DNA of 15,379 nt, from NCBI GenBank assembly GCA_018985225.1, contig JADGIF010000195.1, positions 1-15,379 on the forward strand. The letters run 5' to 3'. Each line of letters opens with the position of its first letter. Positions within the stretch are counted from its first letter, which is position 1. The notes beneath the pieces were generated by a model. That model was not told the origin of the DNA. It saw nothing but the letters and a program-made list of their open reading frames with translations, and made no database searches. The DNA comes from Amoeboradix gromovi X-113 (lineage: Eukaryota; Fungi; Sanchytriomycota). The translations under genes and the position numbers were made by a program. This document shows positions 9,365 to 15,379 of this stretch, piece after piece.

Positions 9365-10075
9365 ATGAAAGGCGAGGACGATTATGATTTATATTTAGAA
9401 GGCCAATTAAATGAATTGACGTTCAAACATACCGCGCTAACTAACAACCATATAAATTTACGAAAAGAGCATCAATTGCTTTTGGAGCAGTACGACAGGC
9501 TTCAACAAGATCTTACGGACATCAAGCTAAGTTCTCATCTGCCGAAATCGCGATCACTGGGTGATTTAGATAAGAAATCGAGTGAATATTTCAGCAGTGC
9601 TGATATTTCTCCGATTCTTAATATAGAAGCTATTCTAACAAAAATAGAGCGGTCCAAGTTTAAACCAGTAAGCAATTTTGATAGAGATTACGAATTTTCG
9701 TGTACAATGATAAAAAAGATCAAACAAGAGGTAAAAGAAGAAAAGAATGATTTGTTTAATGATCTTATTCTTATTATTCTTGATACACAGGCTGAATGTA
9801 ATCTTTACCATTACAAATATGCACAAATGGTCCAAGAAAAAGATTTAAGCTTCCGTAATAATTATTACAGACTTCCAGGCAATTTTAATGAAAATAATGG
9901 TATATCAGTTATTTCACCACCCACGATATCAAGTGTCGGACAGTCATCTATAAAAACGTTTACATCAAATGTATTCAAAGCCATTGCGCGGCTTGGCTCA
10001 AGTATGAATGATTTAGCTACTGCAAGTAAAGAAAATGCGGAGACCGATCCAAAAAACAGCGACTGTGAGTTGTAA
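9365..10075 (+). CDS. Hypothetical coiled-coil protein, 236 aa
   Basis: Intact ORF, CACCATG start context, N-terminal heptad Leu pattern, TAATAAA at the stop (10073-10079). Confidence 0.8.
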   Translation: MKGEDDYDLYLEGQLNELTFKHTALTNNHINLRKEHQLLLEQYDRLQQDLTDIKLSSHLPKSRSLGDLDKKSSEYFSSADISPILNIEAILTKIERSKFKPVSNFDRDYEFSCTMIKKIKQEVKEEKNDLFNDLILIILDTQAECNLYHYKYAQMVQEKDLSFRNNYYRLPGNFNENNGISVISPPTISSVGQSSIKTFTSNVFKAIARLGSSMNDLATASKENAETDPKNSDCEL

Positions 10076-10120
10076 TAAACTTTGTTTCTTCTGCGAATTA
10101 AGAATTTATTTATTTCCCAC

Positions 10121-10492
10121 TCATAGCACTGTTATCAGTAAAATTACGAAACTGGATTGTATATAAGCGCTGCAGGATATCCGACTCATTTGGTTGGCTT
10201 GCCCCAGTCCGTTATTAAATGCGCCGTTAGCCCCATTCATTCCACTGTTTAATGCGGACGAGCCAGGTGGAATCTGGCCTTGAACATTTCCACCTGGGGG
10301 AACTAAACCAGCTTGAGGATTTATGCCCATTGTAGATGGCATACCAGGCTGAATACCTTGCTGTTGCATCTGTTGCTGCTGCATCTGTTGCTGCTGCTGT
10401 ATCATCTGTTGTTGCTGAATTTGTTGATTTATACCAGCTTGAGTCGGGTCGACCATTCCGAAAATTGTTGTAAAATACAAAAACATTAGCAT
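10121..10492 (-). CDS. Small Gln/Gly/Asn-rich protein with signal peptide and GPI-like C-terminus, 123 aa
   Basis: MLMFLYFTTIFG N-terminus, poly-Q tract, C-terminal hydrophobic tail (SAYIQSSFVILLITVL), tandem AATAAA at 10105-10114 downstream of TGA. Confidence 0.8.
   Translation of the reverse strand: MLMFLYFTTIFGMVDPTQAGINQQIQQQQMIQQQQQMQQQQMQQQGIQPGMPSTMGINPQAGLVPPGGNVQGQIPPGSSALNSGMNGANGAFNNGLGQANQMSRISCSAYIQSSFVILLITVL
10358..10426 (-). repeat. CAG/CAA poly-Gln coding microsatellite
   Basis: Repeated ctg/ttg triplets on the + strand encoding QQIQQQQMIQQQQQMQQQQMQQQ. Confidence 0.85.
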
Positions 10493-10558
10493 GAGTTAAC
10501 AACAAGTCTTATAAATACATCTAGCCCAATAGAATTCTGTGATATAGTTTGTGCAACA

Positions 10559-10846
10559 ATGTTTTCACTTGTGTGTGGTAACACCGAGGTTACAAAACGT
10601 GAACACATACAAGAATTCCTGGACCAGAACGAAATATATTCAGTGGTAAATCATTCAGGCAGCTGTCAAAACATTGTAATCAGCTGGTCCGCTTCTCAAC
10701 CATTGCATCCAGTAGCGTTAACTAACATGAGGAAACCCACGGTTTTTATACATTGCAACCAACCAGATGTTCTCTTATTGATATTATTAGCAACTTTATC
10801 TACAGGCGTTGCTATTAAGCTTATAGCATCACAAATAAACCGTTAA
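10559..10846 (+). CDS. Hypothetical small protein with C-terminal transmembrane segment, 95 aa
   Basis: Fills the gap between two genes, ACAATG start context, hydrophobic VLLLILLATLSTGVAIKLI, AATAAA at 10834-10839 just before the stop. Confidence 0.6.
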   Translation: MFSLVCGNTEVTKREHIQEFLDQNEIYSVVNHSGSCQNIVISWSASQPLHPVALTNMRKPTVFIHCNQPDVLLLILLATLSTGVAIKLIASQINR

Positions 10847-10868
10847 TTATTTTTATTCTTCTTAAAAC

Positions 10869-12501
10869 ATGTCCCTCAAAAAATTGCTAATCGAGATAGA
10901 CAAATGCTTAAAAAAAGTAGCAGAAGGTCTAACCCACTTTGATCAAATATATGATAAAATATCACAATGCAATAACCAATCTCAGCGTGACAAACTAGAA
11001 CAGGATTTGAAAAAGGAAATCAAGAAGCTACAAAGAAATAGAGATCAGATTAAGTTGTACTTACAAAAAGATGAAATAAAAGATAAAAGACAATTAGAAG
11101 AGAACAAAAGATTAATAGAAACTCAAATGGAGCGATTTAAAGCTATGGAGCGAGAACTAAAATTAAAAGCGTTTAGCAAAGAAGGTCTTGCTCAGCAAAT
11201 CGTGGACCCCAAAGAAAAAGAGAAAAACGAAGCCATGGACTGGATATCCGAACAGCTATCTCAATTTGAAGGTAACATTGAGAAATTCGAATACGAATGC
11301 GAACAACTCGAGAGCAATAAAAAGTTAAAAAACAAGAACAAAGATAAATTGATTGAGCTTGAAGCATACATTGAAAGACACAAATATCATCAAATGCAAT
11401 TAGAGATATTACTTAGAATGCTTGAAAATGGCAAAATTCAACCTCATGAGATTGAGGATGTTAAAGATAGTGTTGCATATTATTTAGAGAACTACGAGGA
11501 TGAGGATGGCATGGATGAAGGAATTTATGATGACTTTGATTTGAACCAACAGGAGGAAGTCTTTAATATGATTCCTGAGTTCGTGAAAAAAGATGAGCCG
11601 GTAGTCTTACCTCCCCCCAAAAGATCGGCCAGTGTTAAGAAAGACGATATTCCAATTGAGCCTCCACCTCGTTCTGAATCCCCGAAAAAAGATTTGAAAT
11701 CCATAAACACTGCCACGCCACCCGCTGTGGAATCTCCCGGTCTATCTCCATTGAAATCTGCAGCATCTAGCTCACCACAACTTAAGGGATTTGCAGATAT
11801 GCTCAAAGATAAAGAGAGACCGCTTCCTGGACAAACTCAAACCGCCACTGCTGCAAATGCCAATAATACACATATCCTTAATTTCAGAGCCGCTATAAAG
11901 ACCACTGCTCCAGTGACACCTGCTAAGAAAAAGGAAGCTGGCGGTATGCCTCACACTTCGCAACATCCGGATATTTCAGTTCCTTCCGCTTTCGAGGATC
12001 TCTTGGCTAGTTTTAACCATGCCAAGAATTCAGCATTCAACAGAACCTTAGAAGAAACTAGCACACTATTTGAGGCTAGTCTAAAAGCTATTCCTACAAG
12101 CCATGACATTATACCGTAAATTCAACTAACGCAGAACACAACCTTACTTCCCAAAGAATGCTCATTCGGTACCCAGTTATTTTCCACAGATGCCCCTCGC
12201 TCTGTTCGACAATCCGGTGACATTCCAAAAATTAAATGCAGAAACGTTGTTTTTTGCCTTTTACTGTCAACAAAAGACATTGCAGCAATATTTAGCGGCA
12301 CGAGAATTAAAAAAACAATCATGGAGGTTCCATACAGGTGAGAAATTGTGGTTTCAAAGACATATGGAGCCAAAAGAGATCCATGATTTATATGAAATAG
12401 GCACCTATATGACATTTGATCCATACGACCAGTGGAAGCAGTTGAAAAGAGTAGACTTCATGTTTGAATATAAATATCTGGAGGATACTGAAATGCCATA
12501 A
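10869..12501 (+). CDS. NOT3: CCR4-NOT subunit NOT3/NOT5 (CNOT3); join(10869..12115,12135..12501), 537 aa
   Basis: N-terminal Not3 domain (EIDKCLKKVAEG...LKKEIKKLQRNRDQIK...MERFKAMERELKLKAFSKEGL) and C-terminal NOT box (ETLFFAFYCQQKTLQQYLAARELKKQSWRFH). Splicing the 19-nt intron restores the linker PYFPKNAHSVPSYFPQMP. Spliced length 1614 nt = 538 codons. Confidence 0.95.
12116..12134 (+). other. 19-nt spliceosomal intron in NOT3/5
   Basis: GTAAATTCAACTAACGCAG. GT-AG ends, canonical fungal CTAAC branch site, joins ORF 10869..12119 to the frame of ORF 12190..12501. Confidence 0.9.
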
Positions 12502-12534
12502 CAAATAAATTTACTTGTTTTAGTTGAGTTGCAA

Positions 12535-12700
12535 TTATCTGTGGACTCTTCATTAAGAAACCCAGACCACTCAAAATTCAAGAATTCTCAGAGACAAATA
12601 AACCACGCAAGTCCCTCCACCACAGTAGTTGCTCACACTTCCACTACCCTGAGACGGGATTAAATAGGACGCATTATTTTCAAATATATGTCCTTGGCTA
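12535..12700 (+). repeat. Fragment of the intergenic repeat family
   Basis: acagtagttgctcacacttccactaccctgagacgggattaaatagga matches acagtgattgctcacgctttcactaccctgaggcgggattgaataagga (reverse complement of ~6683-6731). Confidence 0.8.
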
Positions 12701-12874
12701 AAAAATTGCCTGTTTATTAGTAAATGCTTTATTAAATTTCAATAATGTCATTCGCTTTCTTTAAACTTCAATTCGCGCTCTGTTCGAAATGAGTAATGGA
12801 ATGCCTTACCGTCGTCAAGAGGCATCGGATTGTTGTCATGGAAGATCATTTCTCTTGCTTATGTTAGTAGTTTA

Positions 12875-13020
12875 GATAGGACACCAAATATAAAAACGAG
12901 ACCAAATCGTCTTTAAAGTAGGTGCCCCATAAGGAGGAAATACTATTATTAATAAAAGTCCTTCTTTTAAACCAATTTTCTTTCATTGGAGTCATTCCTC
13001 TCTTTAAAACAAAATAAGGT
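12875..13020 (-). repeat. Fragment of the repeat family (5' segment, FPPYGAPTLKTIWSRFYIWCP)
   Basis: About 140-bp direct repeat of 15160-15300: ggacaccaaatataaaaac...tttaaag..ggtgc.ccata.ggaggaaat.cta. Confidence 0.85.
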
Positions 13021-13261
13021 CTGAGTGTGTAGGCAAAAGATGCATTATCTACTTCTTTACCACTACTATCTATTCCTTTTTCTTTTTCTTCTTACCGCCT
13101 TTCGCATAACTTATTTTTTGTTTTCCCTTCTTATCAGTCATTGTTTCCAAGATTTTGATGAATGTAAAGCTTTTATACTAAAATAATTTACTTGAACCAG
13201 TCAGATTAATTTAATTTACTATCGGTTAACACACACTTGAAATAATGATTCAAACTATTTC

Positions 13262-13380
13262 AGAAAGTTAGTCTAGTTTCTATATTTGATGTCCGGTTTG
13301 TATACTAGCGGAGTTGATCTTGGGACATTCTTCATAAACCAGAAGAACAGATTGCTCTGAATTTGTTCAGTAACAAACTC
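13262..13380 (+). repeat. Fragment of the repeat family linking the FYIWCP segment to the downstream segment
   Basis: agttagtctagtttctatatttgatgtcc is nearly identical to the reverse complement of 15161-15189. The following atcttgggacattcttcataaaccaga resembles 12537-12566. Confidence 0.7.
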
Positions 13381-13450
13381 TATTGATGACTCTTGCATAG
13401 ACAAAACTCATGAAATTAGGACAAACTGTTTATTAATTGAAGTCAATTTC

Positions 13451-13790
13451 TTAATGAAGATCGGAAAGAAAGATTAAAAACGCATGTGCCCGAATAGCTG
13501 GGACAGAAGGATGGCCAAATACGATTACACAAATTCTAAGATGCTTATCAACTGGCACCACCCATAGCCAGATTGGCAGTAATCGCTTATCCGGCCTGAT
13601 AAACACAACTAGAGCATCCCAGCAAGTATTTCTAGTGGGAGTATCAATGAAAATTTGACAAATAACTGCATGTAAATTGCTCTTTGTGTTGATCTTAAAG
13701 GTCTGCACAAATTGTACATCTAACTTGGTAAAATAGTAAATGGGAGTAGTATATGCTTGGATTTGGCTGTGCAAGTAGATGATAGGCATC
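13451..13790 (-). mobile_element. hAT-like relic (LLPFTI ... PTRNT); ORF 13451..13789 is probably not a host gene
   Basis: ccatttactatt (reverse complement of 13732-13743) is identical to 9077-9088. A PTRNT motif downstream resembles hAT PSRxT. No AATAAA at its stop. Confidence 0.45.
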
Positions 13791-13822
13791 TAGGACTGTG
13801 GATGTTATTCAATGTTATTTAT

Positions 13823-15112
13823 TTATCTGTTATATTGCTGCAATACTAAAACTTTTGCTTCAAGTATGTTGCAAATTGAAACCATTTGGATCCTCATATA
13901 TTCTTGCATTTCATTCAACTTAGCATAGTCAATGTTGTTATTAGAGCAGTAAATACACTTACCGCATCTCTTTTTAACTACGCATGATTCGATAGCGGAG
14001 CAGTACTCTTTAGATTCAATAAATGTTGACTGAATAAATTTGATTTCTTGACTCAGTATCTCCACCAATTTATTTAAAGACTCCCTACAGAAGTATTCTA
14101 GACTAATACATAGTATCATTACCTGTTTTACCTGGATGCTGTGTATTTGCTCAAACCTTTCAACTATGGTATTGTATTTCAAGTCATTTTGTAGATTAGA
14201 AATTGTCGGATCACTTTTTAGATCTAAATATCTTTGGGGGAGTTTAAGTTGGGCAGGGGATAGGTGCTTGGCTATTTTAGATATTACTGCTGTGGCATCT
14301 GGTTGCAAACGCTCTCTTGAATACACTCGAGACTCTGCAGCTTCTTCGTCATTTGATTTAGATACTGCTTTAGATACAGAGTTCAATTTAACCTTCTTAT
14401 ACGATGGGGTGGCGTCAGATATGCGTTTACGCGGAAGAGCTTTTATTGGATAATCCACGGCTAGACGAGACTTGGAGGCAAGACTTGATGGCTGAGAAGG
14501 TGCAGGCGTGGGGGATAATGAGGCTGCGTCATCAAGACGTTTTACACCGGTGGGAATTCTGGTATTTAAATTGCCTGTAGCTGAAAAGGAAATTTTACGA
14601 CTTGACTTGGAAGATTTATTGCCAATTCTTAGTCTATCAAGAATAGGATATCCATGCCTATCCCTAAAAGATTCAACACTGCTGTACCTGTAAAGTTTGT
14701 AATTAGTTGACGGCTTAAAGTACATCACATTATCAATAAACGACATCTTAAAAACATTGCATTTCAACAATCCCTTGTCACTCCGACGATGCAAACTTAT
14801 TTTAGAAGCATCGCCGACCAAACCACAAATAATACAAACTAAAGTCTTCTTTTCAGCGTCGATAAATTCCAAACTACTTGGATTAGCTGGATCATATTTA
14901 GGGTTGCGCTTATCACATTTTGTGCACCATCTATCCTCTACTGAAAGCACCTTATAGCATAACGAACAAGACCAAACACATTCTTGTTGATCTTCTTCTG
15001 GCACGTACAGTTTGCGGAATAAATTAATATTCATGATATAATTGCGATCCTCTACTCGTATCAGGTTGGTTAAATTTCCTTTTTCGGTTTCGAATGGATT
15101 GGCTTCATTCAT
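13823..15112 (-). CDS. Hypothetical multi-zinc-finger protein, 429 aa
   Basis: Intact ORF. W-x-C-x2-C-x10-C-x2-C (aa 47-66, RanBP2/NZF-like spacing), C-x2-C-x11-H-x9-C (aa 93-118), basic NLS-like PRKR and KKVK, C-terminal C-x5-C-x5-CGKCIYC. TAAATAAA at the stop. Confidence 0.8.
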   Translation of the reverse strand: MNEANPFETEKGNLTNLIRVEDRNYIMNINLFRKLYVPEEDQQECVWSCSLCYKVLSVEDRWCTKCDKRNPKYDPANPSSLEFIDAEKKTLVCIICGLVGDASKISLHRRSDKGLLKCNVFKMSFIDNVMYFKPSTNYKLYRYSSVESFRDRHGYPILDRLRIGNKSSKSSRKISFSATGNLNTRIPTGVKRLDDAASLSPTPAPSQPSSLASKSRLAVDYPIKALPRKRISDATPSYKKVKLNSVSKAVSKSNDEEAAESRVYSRERLQPDATAVISKIAKHLSPAQLKLPQRYLDLKSDPTISNLQNDLKYNTIVERFEQIHSIQVKQVMILCISLEYFCRESLNKLVEILSQEIKFIQSTFIESKEYCSAIESCVVKKRCGKCIYCSNNNIDYAKLNEMQEYMRIQMVSICNILEAKVLVLQQYNR

Positions 15113-15154
15113 TTTACAAATATGGTAGTTTTAAAAACACCCCTCTACTATATG

Positions 15155-15379
15155 ATATTGGGACACCAAATATAAAAACTAGACTAACTCGTTTTTAAAG
15201 AAGGTGCTCCATACGGAGGAAATGCTACCATTAGTAAAAGATCTTCTTCTATTATACCAAGATTCTCTCATTAATTGTATTCCTCTTTTTAAAATAAAAG
15301 AAGAAGACCCTGCATCTCGTTCAAATATATGAGGTCTTTGAGCATCTAAGCAAAAGGTGCATTTTCTTAGACGGTACTC
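15155..15379 (-). repeat. Fragment of the repeat family (5' segment, FPPYGAPSLKTS*SSFYIWCP), running off the window end
   Basis: Direct repeat of 12875-13020, with several synonymous differences in one minus-strand frame. Confidence 0.85.

Noticed and set aside
10712-10731. Intron-like GTAGCGTTAACTAACATGAG in the 95-aa ORF, with CTAAC at the same offset as in the two real introns
   Set aside because: It is 20 nt, ends in GAG rather than YAG and lacks T at position 6. The unspliced ORF is open and ends at an AATAAA-coupled stop. Worth a look in RNA-seq but unsupported.
3613-12134. Alternative genetic code, stop readthrough or programmed frameshift as explanation for the split AIF and NOT3 ORFs
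   Set aside because: The downstream parts are in a different frame, so readthrough cannot join them. TAA terminates conserved genes at the expected ends. GT-AG ends plus a branch motif explain both breaks exactly.
1681-14957. Short antisense or overlapping ORFs (1681, 1914, 3492, 6012, 6109, 7288, 7394, 9635, 10227, 11173, 11525, 11772, 12122, 14136, 14508, 14757)
   Set aside because: Shadows of real genes on the opposite strand or in another frame, with no recognisable motifs.
12875-15300. Direct repeats flanking the 429-aa ORF as LTRs of a retroelement
   Set aside because: No gag, RT or integrase, no TG...CA termini seen, the repeats show coding-type synonymous divergence, and the same segment occurs elsewhere in both orientations.
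1-15379. CRISPR arrays, tRNA/rRNA genes, prokaryotic operon signals
   Set aside because: No regularly spaced repeats or recognisable structural RNA seen, and the gene content is eukaryotic. Small ncRNAs cannot be excluded without a covariance-model search.

Overview
AT-rich eukaryotic nuclear DNA read with the standard genetic code, from a very compact genome. The gene set suggests an early-diverging fungus or close relative (inference only). Nine probable protein genes: a kinase-less Bub1/Mad3-family checkpoint protein, AIFM1-type apoptosis-inducing factor, TIM50, NOT3/5 (CCR4-NOT) and five unassigned genes (secreted glycoprotein, coiled-coil protein, Gln-rich GPI-like protein, small membrane protein, multi-zinc-finger protein). 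Main result: AIF and NOT3/5 are each split by an ultrasmall GT-AG intron of exactly 19 nt with the same layout (GTAnnT-n4-YTAAC-nYAG); removing it restores the conserved C-terminal domain. All nine genes have AATAAA overlapping or within about 12 nt of the stop codon. Gene-to-gene spacers are either 22-66 bp or long gaps filled with decayed, mutually similar fragments of one repeat family (8-9 pieces, probably hAT-like DNA transposon relics). A separate fossil hAT-like transposase lies at the left end. All homology calls are by-eye motif recognition, not database searches, and repeat boundaries are approximate.
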